Source: Trichlorobacter lovleyi SZ
Lineage (GTDB): Bacteria > Desulfobacterota > Desulfuromonadia > Geobacterales > Pseudopelobacteraceae
Direction of reading: 5' to 3'
Assembly (NCBI RefSeq): GCF_000020385.1
Contig: NC_010815.1
Coordinates: 30,001-62,000 of the forward strand
DNA length: 32,000 nucleotides
Shown here: positions 7,909 through 16,209 of the stretch, in pieces
Position numbering within the stretch: position 1 is the first letter of the stretch
How the letters are laid out: every line of letters begins with the position of its first letter
Notes under the pieces: generated by a model
What the model was told of the DNA's origin: nothing
Seen by the model: the letters and a program-made list of their open reading frames with translations, nothing else
The model's database searches: none
Translations under genes and position numbers: made by a program

Positions 7909-7963
7909 TAAATACAGGGGAAACTCGCTGATGTTGATATTATCAAGCTTTGAGGGCTTATGC

Positions 7964-8173
7964 CGTGACAATTCATGCTCGAATAATGCTTATTTGGGCT
8001 ATATCAGCGTGACAATTCATGCGCTATTTTATATTAAAATACGTGACATCCCATGCGTGGATAAACTGCTTTATCAACAAGATTTTTACCAGAATAAACA
8101 TAATACAACATATAAATAAGAAAATACCTAAATAAACCAGTGTGATAGTGGTTTATTGCGTGATAGTTCATGC
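7964..8173. repeat. Iteron-like direct repeats with an AT-rich tract (oriV-like region downstream of repA)
   Basis: CGTGACAATTCATGC at 7964-7978 and 8008-8022 (identical). CGTGACATCCCATGC at 8042-8056. CGTGATAGTTCATGC at 8159-8173. An AT-rich tract at about 8060-8130 contains TTATCAACA (8/9 match to the DnaA-box consensus as I recall it). Hairpin AATAAACCA / TGGTTTATT at 8131-8157. Confidence 0.6.
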
Positions 8174-8194
8174 GTAGGTGCGTGGTGGTGTGTA

Positions 8195-8209
8195 GTGTAT
8201 AGACAATAC
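8195..8209 (+). repeat. 15-mer family copy 1 (GTGTATAGACAATAC)
   Basis: Part of the 18-mer TGTATAGACAATACAATA (8196-8213), which is identical to 11053-11070. Confidence 0.7.
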
Positions 8210-8253
8210 AATACGTGTGCAGCCATGTGTGTGCTAGTGTTGTAAATTATTCT

Positions 8254-9366
8254 CTAAGTCCTGGGAGTAATCTTTCGTATTGAGGTTGAGGAGGGCTGCA
8301 ATATTAGGCAGTCCTTTTCTACTGATACGGATGCCGGGTATACTGCAAGGACCTGATTAAGTACCTCTGCAAAGCGTCTTCTAAAGAAGCGCAGGTCTTT
8401 GTAGTTTGCCCCAAATTGTAGTTGCAGATATTCCCAAGGGATTTTGGTGTATTTTCGTACCGAATACATGCGCCAGGTAAGCCAACAATAAAGGTCTAGT
8501 GCAAAGGCGTTGCCTGAAAGCGCGCGAATGGCTCTTTTGTCTATTGGTACCGGGTTTTGTATGAGGGACTCATAAAACTCAGTATCGAGTACGATGTGTG
8601 ACTCCCAGGTCGGCTTCCCGTCGGTTTTCCAAAAAGAGAATGATTTGTTGCTGGATGTTATTTTTAGGTTAGAGCGTGGTGCATTTGTTGCGTCGCCTGG
8701 ATCGTAGTTGATGAATGAGTTGAACAGTCGGTCTGACTGTTTTTTAAAGCGCGTTAAGCTTCCCTCTTTCCCCCCAGTTACGGCAATGCCTATATCTTTC
8801 ATAAATGCAGTGAGAGAATCCCCTAAAAAAATCTCTTTTTGTTTAGTGCGTACCGCTTCTGTTGTTAACCACATCAGTAGTTGGCGAGGAACTACGCCAA
8901 AAGGGATGCCACCATAAATTGAGGGTGTCATGATGGTCAGGGTGGCTCTGCCGTTTGTTTTTGAGTATTCGGTAACCGGCAGGCCGTTTGTCCCGCGTAA
9001 TTCAGAGTGTGGCAGTGTCATTTGAACCAACATCTGGGCCATGTATGAAATCATGCCCAGCTCAGAGGCGTCATGCTCCATTATGCTGACTATCTCTTCT
9101 GCCATTTTTTTCTTTTTACGTGAGATTACTTGCTGTGTCTCTGAAGTTTCGTGGTGGTGATTTTCTTGCCGGGGGGTTGGGAGTGATGTGTTGGTAATCG
9201 GTAAAAGGCCAAGATTCAGCTGACCGATGCTGATATTCTCGGCAATCTGCTTGCGAGCCTTTTCTTCGGCCTGTTTTTGTTTAAGGAGTGCCTGCTTTGC
9301 CATCAGCTCTTCTTCGCTGATAGTCCCGCCAAAACCAGGCAACACCAGGTGGTCGTCGTTTGTCAT
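8254..9366 (-). CDS. Plasmid-type replication initiator (RepA_C-like)
   Basis: 370 aa. The central and C-terminal region IPFGVVPRQLLMWLTTEAVRTKQKEIFLGDSLTAFMKDIGI...GNAFALDLYCWLTWRMY matches my memory of the plasmid RepA (RepA_C) family pattern. It is flanked by iterons, preceded by a small RHH gene, and followed by a par module. Confidence 0.6.
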   Translation of the reverse strand: MTNDDHLVLPGFGGTISEEELMAKQALLKQKQAEEKARKQIAENISIGQLNLGLLPITNTSLPTPRQENHHHETSETQQVISRKKKKMAEEIVSIMEHDASELGMISYMAQMLVQMTLPHSELRGTNGLPVTEYSKTNGRATLTIMTPSIYGGIPFGVVPRQLLMWLTTEAVRTKQKEIFLGDSLTAFMKDIGIAVTGGKEGSLTRFKKQSDRLFNSFINYDPGDATNAPRSNLKITSSNKSFSFWKTDGKPTWESHIVLDTEFYESLIQNPVPIDKRAIRALSGNAFALDLYCWLTWRMYSVRKYTKIPWEYLQLQFGANYKDLRFFRRRFAEVLNQVLAVYPASVSVEKDCLILQPSSTSIRKITPRT

Positions 9367-9369
9367 GCC

Positions 9370-9564
9370 CTACCCTTTTGCGTTTGCTACAACATCGGCC
9401 ACTTCTTTTTCGGCCGCGCGAATGAAAAAATCATTAATAGTTATTCCTTCGCGAGCTGCAAGCATTTTAATTGTTTTTCTGAGTGGCAGGGGGAGCCTGA
9501 CAATAAAGGTAACTATGTCCTCTTCGGGGCTGGTGCTTATTGCGGTGCTTTTCAGCCGTCCCAT
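9370..9564 (-). CDS. Ribbon-helix-helix (CopG/Arc-type) protein, likely rep-operon autoregulator
   Basis: 64 aa. FIVRLPLPLRKTIKMLAAREGITINDFFIRAAEKEV is a classic RHH strand-helix-helix. AGGAG lies 6 nt upstream. Its stop is 3 nt before the repA ATG. Confidence 0.65.
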   Translation of the reverse strand: MGRLKSTAISTSPEEDIVTFIVRLPLPLRKTIKMLAAREGITINDFFIRAAEKEVADVVANAKG

Positions 9565-9585
9565 TCTTAGCTCCTATTTATTTAA

Positions 9586-9625
9586 TATGTATATTATATA
9601 TACATCAAATATGTGCTTTTGTCAA
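9586..9625 (-). promoter_or_regulatory. Predicted sigma70 promoter of the RHH-repA operon with an overlapping near-palindrome
   Basis: The minus strand reads TTGACA (9625-9620), a 17-nt spacer, then TATATA. The -10 sits inside GTATATTATATATAC, a near-palindrome related to the 15-mer family. Confidence 0.5.
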
Positions 9626-9927
9626 GTAAAGTGCCTGTAATTGTTTGGTTTTACATTGCCAAAATATCAGCATACTCGTCTTGTTGAGATAATCCATGCG
9701 TGCTGTTGTGTGACTTTAAGTGGTAGATTATAGGTTGTCACTTAACGTGCTGCAATGTCGGTGATTTTAACCAAACAACAATAATTCTAATGGGTTATTA
9801 TATACAGCCGGTGACTATGTATGTCGCTGATTGTCTATTGATGTTACTGTTCTACAGCGCATGCATGGTATCTAGGCTGATTGTGCTGTTACGTGTTGTC
9901 ACGCAACTAATGCTGATGCAATGAATT

Positions 9928-9945
9928 GTATTGTATATACAATAC
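9928..9945. repeat. Perfect 18-bp palindrome GTATTGTATATACAATAC containing 15-mer family copy 2
   Basis: Self-complementary by inspection. TTGTATATACAATAC (9931-9945) is identical to 11099-11113. It touches the stop codon of the ParG-like gene. Confidence 0.75.
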
Positions 9946-10367
9946 TAGGCTTTGCTGTTGTTGTTGATAAAATGCTGTTGCTCTGCTGCCATCTGATTCA
10001 GAATCGCCTGGCGAATCCATTTGGATTTATCAACGCCAAGAGCCTTGCAGTGGCGGTCAATAGAGCACCACAGATTTTCCTTCATGCGCATGACAAAAGG
10101 TTTGTCCAGATCTTCGCGACCATCAGCCATATAGGGATCCAGTGAAGGCAGAATTGGCCATTCGGTACGCCGAACAAACTGGTGTGGATCAACGTCCTCT
10201 GGTGCAGGTGTTGCCTGGGTTGTTGCTGGCGTTAATGTGGTTTCGGTCGAGTCTGGAGTTGTAGATAGGGTTTGGGGGGCAGCAGCTGGTAGTTCTGCCT
10301 GGTCAGCCTTTGCCCCGGCTATAAAGGCAGCTTCCTCTTCCGGTGTTGGGCGCTTTTTAAGCCTCAT
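9945..10367 (-). CDS. Small partition adaptor, ParG-like with C-terminal ribbon-helix-helix
   Basis: I chose the start MRLKKRPTPEEE (ATG 10367-10365), with AAGGAGG 9 nt upstream, overlapping the parA stop. It has a low-complexity Pro/Thr/Ala linker, then PFVMRMKENLWCSIDRHCKALGVDKSKWIRQAILNQM (RHH-like). Its position directly after parA fits a type Ib partition locus. Confidence 0.5.
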   Translation of the reverse strand: MRLKKRPTPEEEAAFIAGAKADQAELPAAAPQTLSTTPDSTETTLTPATTQATPAPEDVDPHQFVRRTEWPILPSLDPYMADGREDLDKPFVMRMKENLWCSIDRHCKALGVDKSKWIRQAILNQMAAEQQHFINNNSKA

Positions 10368-11007
10368 CGCTGAAAACCTCCTTATAAAGAGCATCCAGCT
10401 CTGCAACGGCCTTGGGGTCAAGCTTGTCCAGCTCGTTGACGGCACGGCCTTCTGCAGCGCTTCTGCGGTAGGCGACGCGATAGCAGAGCTTGGTATTGAG
10501 GATCTGTAGGTTCTGCATCTCCTTGGCCAGTGCTTCTGCTTCATGGGCAATGGATATGCGGGGGTTTGTGTCCTGCTTGTTGAGCACCAGCAAAGGCTTC
10601 ATTTCAGGATTGAGGCCTAGAGCCTCCCCTACTATGGTGTCCATGTTCTCGACGCCCCAGACGTCGTACTGGCCAGCCAGAAAAGGAACGATCAGGGCAT
10701 CGGCAACTATCAGTGCAGAACGGAGGCCGGCAGAGTCGCGCCCGCCGGCATCAATGATTATGTCCTGATAGCGAGGAATCAGCTTGCGCACCTCTGACGA
10801 AACCCCTCTTCCGGTAATGGCGACGCAGGTAATGGTTGGCTTGACTTGTTCGTCTTCACGGACGCGGATAAACTCGCTGGAGCTTCCTTGGGGGTCGGCG
10901 TCAACCAGTAGAACATCTCTGCCTTGCTGGGCGCGCATAATTGCGATATTAGTAGCAACCGTGGTTTTGCCGGTGCCACCTTTTTCGTTTGCAACGAGTA
11001 CAACCAT
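10357..11007 (-). CDS. parA: ParA/Soj-family partition ATPase (small, type Ib)
   Basis: Start MVVLVANEKGGTGKTT (deviant Walker A KGGxGKT), with AAGGAGG upstream. Also LLVDADPQGS and IIIDAGGRDS. Confidence 0.9.
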   Translation of the reverse strand: MVVLVANEKGGTGKTTVATNIAIMRAQQGRDVLLVDADPQGSSSEFIRVREDEQVKPTITCVAITGRGVSSEVRKLIPRYQDIIIDAGGRDSAGLRSALIVADALIVPFLAGQYDVWGVENMDTIVGEALGLNPEMKPLLVLNKQDTNPRISIAHEAEALAKEMQNLQILNTKLCYRVAYRRSAAEGRAVNELDKLDPKAVAELDALYKEVFSDEA

Positions 11008-11051
11008 AGTATCCTCCTTACAGTAGATTGCTTGTGCGGTAAATGGTGGTG

Positions 11052-11113
11052 TTGTATAGACAATACAATAAAATGTGAACTTAGATTGAAGTTGATGTTT
11101 GTATATACAATAC
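11052..11113 (+). repeat. Two 15-mer family copies in the parA/ihf divergent promoter region (candidate centromere/operator)
   Basis: TTGTATAGACAATAC at 11052-11066 and TTGTATATACAATAC at 11099-11113, in the same orientation, 47 bp apart. Confidence 0.7.
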
Positions 11114-11195
11114 ATGACAAGTCAAGGCAAGTGATGAGTTTAGGTGTGTTTAGCTGAAATGTAATTCACTAATTTTACACAGGAAGGTTCGCTCT

Positions 11196-11477
11196 ATGGC
11201 GCTTACAAAAAACAAACTAATACAGCTAGTGGCAGAACAACAGCATATTACTCTGAAGGATGCAGCTTTACTGGTTGAAGAGCTTATTACCTTGATTAAA
11301 GCTACCCTTGAGTCTGGCGAGAGTCTTAAAATAGCTAAATTCGGACTGTTCGAGGTAAAAGAGAAACATGCCCGACGTGGGAGGAATCCGCAAACCGGCG
11401 AGGCTATAACCATTGAGCCGCGTAAAGTAATAAGTTTCAAACCAAGTGTGCTTCTCAGGCAGGCAATTAACCAATGA
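11196..11477 (+). CDS. IHF/HU-family DNA-bending protein
   Basis: 93 aa. MALTKNKLIQLVAEQ...KIAKFGLFEVKEKHARRGRNPQTGEAITIEPRKVISFKPS contains the canonical RxGRNPxTGE arm. Confidence 0.85.
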   Translation: MALTKNKLIQLVAEQQHITLKDAALLVEELITLIKATLESGESLKIAKFGLFEVKEKHARRGRNPQTGEAITIEPRKVISFKPSVLLRQAINQ

Positions 11478-14230
11478 CCCCGCAACAGTTTATAGCCAAA
11501 TGGAAGGCGTCAACCCCTAAAGAACGTTCTGCCTCGCAAGAGCACTTTATAGATTTGTGCCGTCTGATCAGTCACCCTACACCTGCTGAGGCAGACTCAA
11601 CTGGTGATCATTTTACCTTTGAGCGTGGCGCCAGTAAGACTGGTGGTGGAGAAGGCTGGGCCGATGTCTGGAAAAAAGGTTGCTTCGCTTGGGAGTATAA
11701 AGGTAAGCGCAAAGATTTAAATGCCGCCTTTGCCCAGATCCAACGCTACGCCATTGCTCTGGAAAATCCTCCGTTGCTGGTGGTCTCCGACATGGAGACC
11801 ATCGTCATACACACCAACTGGACCAACACGGTTCAGGAAATCCAGACCATTGCCATAGAAGATCTTGAAAAACCGGAAGTCCGGCAGAAGCTGGTCTGGC
11901 TTTTTACTGAACCAGAGCGGTTCAGACCCGGTACCACGCGGGAGATGGTAACCGCCCAGGCTGCCGAGGCCTTTGCTTCGCTGGCGCAGCGCCTGCACAG
12001 CCAGGGCTATGCAAGCCGCCGTGTAGCTCACTTTGTCAATAAACTGCTCTTCTCCATGTTTGCAGAAGATATCGGCATACTGCCCGGCCACCTGTTTACC
12101 CGTATGCTGGAGGCCTGCACCAAAGACCCCGCACGTTTTGAAAAATTGGCATCAGACCTGTTTGGTTCCATGAAAAGCGGCGGATTCTTTGGGGTAGAAG
12201 AGATCCCCTGGTTTAACGGCGGCTTGTTTGATGATGCCGATGCCCTGCCGCTGGATGCTGAGGGTCTGAAGCTGGCCCTTGCTGCAGCGCGGCTGGATTG
12301 GTCAGATATTGAACCAAGTATCTTTGGTACCCTGTTCGAGCGGGGGCTTGATCCTGCCAAGCGCAGCCAGTTGGGTGCCCACTACACGGATCGGCAATCC
12401 ATAATGCGAATTGTGCAGCCGGTGGTGGTAGAACCGCTGCTGACAGACTGGCAACAGGCCAAGATTGCCATGCTGCCGCTGCTTGAAAAATCCAGAAATG
12501 CCAAAACCAAAAAAGCTCAGGACGATAACTTCAGGCAGGCCGCAGAAATCTACAGCAGTTTTCTCAATCGTCTGAAAACCCTGCGGGTACTTGATCCGGC
12601 CTGTGGCAGCGGCAACTTTCTCTATCTGTCGCTGATAGCGCTCAAGGATCTTGAGCACCAGGTGACACTTGAGGCCGAATCACTGGGATTTCACCCTGAA
12701 TTTCTCTTCCATGCCGGCCCCTGGAACGTCATGGGAATAGAGATCAATGAATATGCCGCAGAGCTTGCAAGGGTCACCATCTGGATAGGTGAGCTGCAAT
12801 GGATGATCAAACATGGCATGGCCTACAATACCAAGCCGATTCTGCAGACCATGGATCAGATAGAAAACCGGGATGCACTGCTGAATGCAGATGGCACAGA
12901 AGCACACTGGCCACAGGCAGAAGTTATTGTCGGTAATCCGCCGTTTTTGGGCGGTTCAAAGATGTTGGGCGAACTGGGTGAGGAATATGTCACCACTCTG
13001 CGTAAGGTCTACAAGGGCAGGGTGCCGGGCGGTGCTGATCTGGTTACCTATTGGTTTGAAAAAGCCCGTGAAACCGGTGTCAGAAGCGGACTGGTTGCCA
13101 CCAACAGCATCCGGGGCGGCAGCAACCGCGAGGTGTTAAAACGGATTACGGAAACCAGACAGATCTTCAATGCCTGGTCAGATGAACCTTGGATCAACGA
13201 AGGTGCTGCTGTGCGGGTGAGCCTGGTCTGCTTTGACAATGGAGTAGGGCAGGGCGGGTTGCTGCTGAATGGCCAGCCGGCGAGCGAAATTTATCCTGAT
13301 CTGACGGCTGCTTCAGAAGTTGGTAGTCTTGATTTGACGCAAGCCAAACCCCTGTTAGAAAATGGCGGGATATCCTTCAAAGGCTCGGAAAAAGGTGGGC
13401 CCTTTGACGTTGCAGGGGACCTTGCTAAAAAATGGACATCCTTGCCATCAAACCCTAATGGCAGGACAAATCATGATGTTGTGCGACCTTGGGCTAATGG
13501 TATGGATGTTACTCGTCGGCCATCAGACACCTGGATTATTGATTTTAGTGGACTTACTGAAGAAGAGGCCAGCTTATATGAAGCTCCTTTCGAATATGCT
13601 TTAAAAACAATCAAGCCAGAGCGCTTGAGAAATCGTGAGGTAAGGACAACCGAAAAATGGTGGCTACACCGGCGTTCTGGAGAAGATCTGCGCAAAGCTA
13701 TTTCCAAGCTTTCCCGTTACATAGCAACGCCACGGGTTGCCAAACATCGTCTGTTTGTCTGGCTTGATGCTGCCGTACTGCCGTACTCTCGTCTGTATGT
13801 GATTGCTTCAGACTCAGACGTTACTTTTGGCATCCTGCACTCTCGTATCCACGAGCTCTGGAGTCTGGCAACCTGCTCATGGCATGGTGTCGGTAATGAT
13901 CCTACTTACAATGCAGCCTCTTGCTTTGAAACCTTCCCCTTCCCGCTAAATCTGCAACCGGAAACCAGCCAACAGATTGCCGCTGCTGCCCAGCGGCTGG
14001 TGCAGTTGCGGGACAACTGGCTAAACCCGGTCGGAGCCTCTGAGGCTGAGCTGAACAAACGCACCTTGACCAACCTGTACAACCAACGCCCCACTTGGCT
14101 GGACAATGCCCATAAAGAGCTGGATGCTGCAGTAGCCACAGCCTATGGCTGGCCCGCAGACCTGCCTGATGATGAAATACTGAAACGGTTGCTGCAGTTG
14201 AATCTTGAGCGGGGCAGTTCTATACAATAA
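11474..14230 (+). CDS. MmeI-family type IIL (IIG) restriction-modification enzyme: fused PD-(D/E)xK nuclease, N6-adenine methyltransferase and target-recognition domain
   Basis: 918 aa. N-terminal GWADVWKKGCFAWEYKGKRKDL gives D-x9-E-x-K, the same spacing as the MmeI nuclease motif as I recall it. MTase motif I is VLDPACGSGNFLY and motif IV is VIVGNPPFLGG. Size and domain order match MmeI-like enzymes. The ATG overlaps the ihf stop (ATGA). Confidence 0.8.
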   Translation: MTPQQFIAKWKASTPKERSASQEHFIDLCRLISHPTPAEADSTGDHFTFERGASKTGGGEGWADVWKKGCFAWEYKGKRKDLNAAFAQIQRYAIALENPPLLVVSDMETIVIHTNWTNTVQEIQTIAIEDLEKPEVRQKLVWLFTEPERFRPGTTREMVTAQAAEAFASLAQRLHSQGYASRRVAHFVNKLLFSMFAEDIGILPGHLFTRMLEACTKDPARFEKLASDLFGSMKSGGFFGVEEIPWFNGGLFDDADALPLDAEGLKLALAAARLDWSDIEPSIFGTLFERGLDPAKRSQLGAHYTDRQSIMRIVQPVVVEPLLTDWQQAKIAMLPLLEKSRNAKTKKAQDDNFRQAAEIYSSFLNRLKTLRVLDPACGSGNFLYLSLIALKDLEHQVTLEAESLGFHPEFLFHAGPWNVMGIEINEYAAELARVTIWIGELQWMIKHGMAYNTKPILQTMDQIENRDALLNADGTEAHWPQAEVIVGNPPFLGGSKMLGELGEEYVTTLRKVYKGRVPGGADLVTYWFEKARETGVRSGLVATNSIRGGSNREVLKRITETRQIFNAWSDEPWINEGAAVRVSLVCFDNGVGQGGLLLNGQPASEIYPDLTAASEVGSLDLTQAKPLLENGGISFKGSEKGGPFDVAGDLAKKWTSLPSNPNGRTNHDVVRPWANGMDVTRRPSDTWIIDFSGLTEEEASLYEAPFEYALKTIKPERLRNREVRTTEKWWLHRRSGEDLRKAISKLSRYIATPRVAKHRLFVWLDAAVLPYSRLYVIASDSDVTFGILHSRIHELWSLATCSWHGVGNDPTYNAASCFETFPFPLNLQPETSQQIAAAAQRLVQLRDNWLNPVGASEAELNKRTLTNLYNQRPTWLDNAHKELDAAVATAYGWPADLPDDEILKRLLQLNLERGSSIQ

Positions 14231-14258
14231 TATGTTTTCTATATAAAACAATTAGTCG

Positions 14259-14286
14259 TTGAATAGATAAATGATTCGTATATAAT
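14259..14286 (+). promoter_or_regulatory. Predicted promoter giving a leaderless or near-leaderless hipB1 mRNA
   Basis: TTGAAT (14259-14264), a 16-nt spacer, then TATAAT (14281-14286). The ATG at 14293 is 6 nt after the -10 and has no Shine-Dalgarno. A near-palindrome GTTTTCTATATAAAAC lies at 14234-14249. Confidence 0.55.
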
Positions 14287-14292
14287 ACAAAT

Positions 14293-14532
14293 ATGCTCTT
14301 CACTATTGGTAGCAACATACGGGAAGCACGTCGTCGTCGGAAGATTACTCAGGAGCAGATGGCTAAGGCACTGGGTATGAGCCGGACGACCATCAGTCAG
14401 ATTGAGAAAGGGATCGTTCAGGAGGTCGGTGTGCGTAAGCTGATCAGAATCCTGGAATATCTCGGGCTAGAGTTGCAGGTGCGTCCTGCAGGCGCTCTGC
14501 CGACGTTGGAAGAATTACAGCGAGAGGGCTAA
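14293..14532 (+). CDS. hipB: XRE-family HTH antitoxin (HipB-like) 1
   Basis: 79 aa. IREARRRRKITQEQMAKALGMSRTTISQIEKG is a Cro/C1 HTH. Its stop directly abuts the hipA-like ATG. Confidence 0.8.
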   Translation: MLFTIGSNIREARRRRKITQEQMAKALGMSRTTISQIEKGIVQEVGVRKLIRILEYLGLELQVRPAGALPTLEELQREG

Positions 14533-15744
14533 ATGTCCGTAGTATCACCACACACTCTTGCCGTCTGGGCGGCCGAGCAACGGGCTGGCTTGCTCGATCG
14601 TGCGTCTGTCCAGCGGGATTACGTCTTTACCTATGATCTTGCTACTGCTAATTCCTCGGTAGCGCAGGTGTCACTTACCATGCCGCTGAGGCTGGAAAGC
14701 TGGACCAGCCGGGATCTTCATCCAATCTTCCAGATGAACCTGCCGGAAGGGGCGCTGCTGGAAGCTATCCGCCGGGCTATTTCCAAGGTGGCTGGCGAAG
14801 ATGATCTGACGATGTTGCGCGTGACCGGGGGCAACCAGGTTGGCCGAAACCGGTTTTCTCTGGCGGCTGATTCGGCACCGGGAATTGTGGAGTCTCCTGA
14901 ATCACTGGAAGAGCTGCTGTCATATCCAGACACAGAGGAGCTGTTTCACGAGCTGGTAGCAAAGTATGCTCTTCGTTCTGGCGTATCTGGGGTTCAGCCC
15001 AAGGTTATGCTGGATGCATCTGAACGTGGGACTACAGCAGTAGGCGGGTACATTGTAAAGACTTGGGGTGATGACTATCCTCAGTTGGCAGCAAATGAGT
15101 TTTTCTGTATGACCGCCGCTCAGCGTGCAGGCCTTTTGGTGCCGGAGTTCCACCTGTCAGCAAACGGACGCTTGTTTGTGATGAAGCGCTTTGACGTGGG
15201 CGTTGGTGGCAGTGCATTGGGATTTGAAGATATGTGTGCTCTCCAGGGGGTTGGAACCGCTCAGAAGTACAGGAGCACCTATGAGCGAGTAGCGCGCTCC
15301 ATTAAGGATTTTGTGTCAGGCGAGTTTCTTCAGGCTGCTCGTGAGCAATTTTTCGCTGCGCTGGTATTGTCGGTGATGGTGCGCAACGGTGATGCCCACC
15401 TGAAAAACTTCGGGGTGCTGTATGACACTCCTGGGGCTCCAGTCCGGCTGGCCCCGGTGTATGACGTGGTGACAACCACTGCCTACCTTCCCAAAGATCT
15501 GCCTGCGCTCAGCCTTGTCGGAACAAAAAAATGGTGGAATCGTAAACTGTTGGAGCAGTTTGCGTTGGCGCATCTGTCTCTGCCGGTGAAGAAAGTGTCC
15601 GAGACTATCGAAAAAATGGGAGAAGCCGTATCAGAAACGCGGAATCTCTTGATCGCATACATTGCTGAACATCCTGAGTATCAGACAATCGGAGAGAGGC
15701 AACTTGCGGCGTGGGAAGCGGGAACAGGTGAATTTGTGAAATGA
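14533..15744 (+). CDS. hipA: HipA-family serine/threonine kinase toxin 1
   Basis: 403 aa. N-terminal coupling domain (LHPIFQMNLPEGALLEAI), P-loop-like GVSGVQPKV, and catalytic RNGDAHLKNFGVLY. Confidence 0.85.
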   Translation: MSVVSPHTLAVWAAEQRAGLLDRASVQRDYVFTYDLATANSSVAQVSLTMPLRLESWTSRDLHPIFQMNLPEGALLEAIRRAISKVAGEDDLTMLRVTGGNQVGRNRFSLAADSAPGIVESPESLEELLSYPDTEELFHELVAKYALRSGVSGVQPKVMLDASERGTTAVGGYIVKTWGDDYPQLAANEFFCMTAAQRAGLLVPEFHLSANGRLFVMKRFDVGVGGSALGFEDMCALQGVGTAQKYRSTYERVARSIKDFVSGEFLQAAREQFFAALVLSVMVRNGDAHLKNFGVLYDTPGAPVRLAPVYDVVTTTAYLPKDLPALSLVGTKKWWNRKLLEQFALAHLSLPVKKVSETIEKMGEAVSETRNLLIAYIAEHPEYQTIGERQLAAWEAGTGEFVK

Positions 15745-15804
15745 GTAATTTTGCTCAGTCATTGAGTAAAGTGGTTTGAATGACAAGCTAGTAACATATA
15801 TAGC

Positions 15805-15852
15805 GTTAATTATTATTGACAATATATTGTTATTAAGCAAATAATAATTAAC
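15805..15852 (+). promoter_or_regulatory. hipB2 promoter embedded in nested palindromes (candidate HipB2 operator)
   Basis: Perfect 13-bp arms GTTAATTATTATT (15805-15817) and AATAATAATTAAC (15840-15852) flank TTGACA (15816-15821). An inner perfect palindrome ACAATATATTGT is present. The -10-like AATAAT is at 15840-15845. The ATG at 15856 has no obvious SD. Confidence 0.55.
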
Positions 15853-15855
15853 ATT

Positions 15856-16209
15856 ATGGCAGAGAAACGAACCATATCACTGTACCCTGCTTCTGAGAAG
15901 GCACTCCGTGAATTGGGGCAGCGCCTGAAAGATGCGCGTCTTCGGCGGCGTTTCTCAATGGATACCGTTTGCACCAGAGCAGATATTTCACGTCCCACCC
16001 TGTACAAGATTGAAAAGGGTGAGCCGTCAGTTGTTTTTGCGGCATACATCCAGGTGTTGCGAGTCCTTGGCTTGCTTGACGACCTGGCCTTGATCGCAAA
16101 AGATGACGTACTAGGCCGTCGGCTCCAGGACGAATCCATGACCCGTCCCAAGCGCGCTCCCAAACGCACCCTTCATGTTTCTGAAGGCAAGGGGGGTGAC
16201 AATGGCTAA
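15856..16209 (+). CDS. hipB: XRE-family HTH antitoxin (HipB-like) 2
   Basis: 117 aa. LKDARLRRRFSMDTVCTRADISRPTLYKIEKG is an HTH. It overlaps the next gene by 8 nt (ATGGCTAA). Confidence 0.75.
   Translation: MAEKRTISLYPASEKALRELGQRLKDARLRRRFSMDTVCTRADISRPTLYKIEKGEPSVVFAAYIQVLRVLGLLDDLALIAKDDVLGRRLQDESMTRPKRAPKRTLHVSEGKGGDNG

Noticed and set aside
7435-7930. tRNA or tRNA fragment as an integration target at the compositional boundary
   Set aside because: I could not fold a cloverleaf. The only GC-rich piece (7791-7836) is a simple hairpin, and I found no matching direct repeat elsewhere in the window.
7931-8119. 62-aa ORF
   Set aside because: It falls entirely within the iteron / AT-rich origin-like region, has no SD and an odd composition. 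The repeats explain the sequence better.
9227-9640. Plus-strand ORFs overlapping repA and the RHH gene
   Set aside because: They are antisense to two well-supported, SD-preceded genes, and their translations are Ser/Phe/Cys-rich with no motifs.
11150-11485. 111-aa minus-strand ORF
   Set aside because: It is antisense to the canonical IHF-like gene, which carries the RGRNPQTGE arm.
15813-16169. 118-aa minus-strand ORF
   Set aside because: It is antisense to the hipB2 HTH gene and spans the palindromic promoter.
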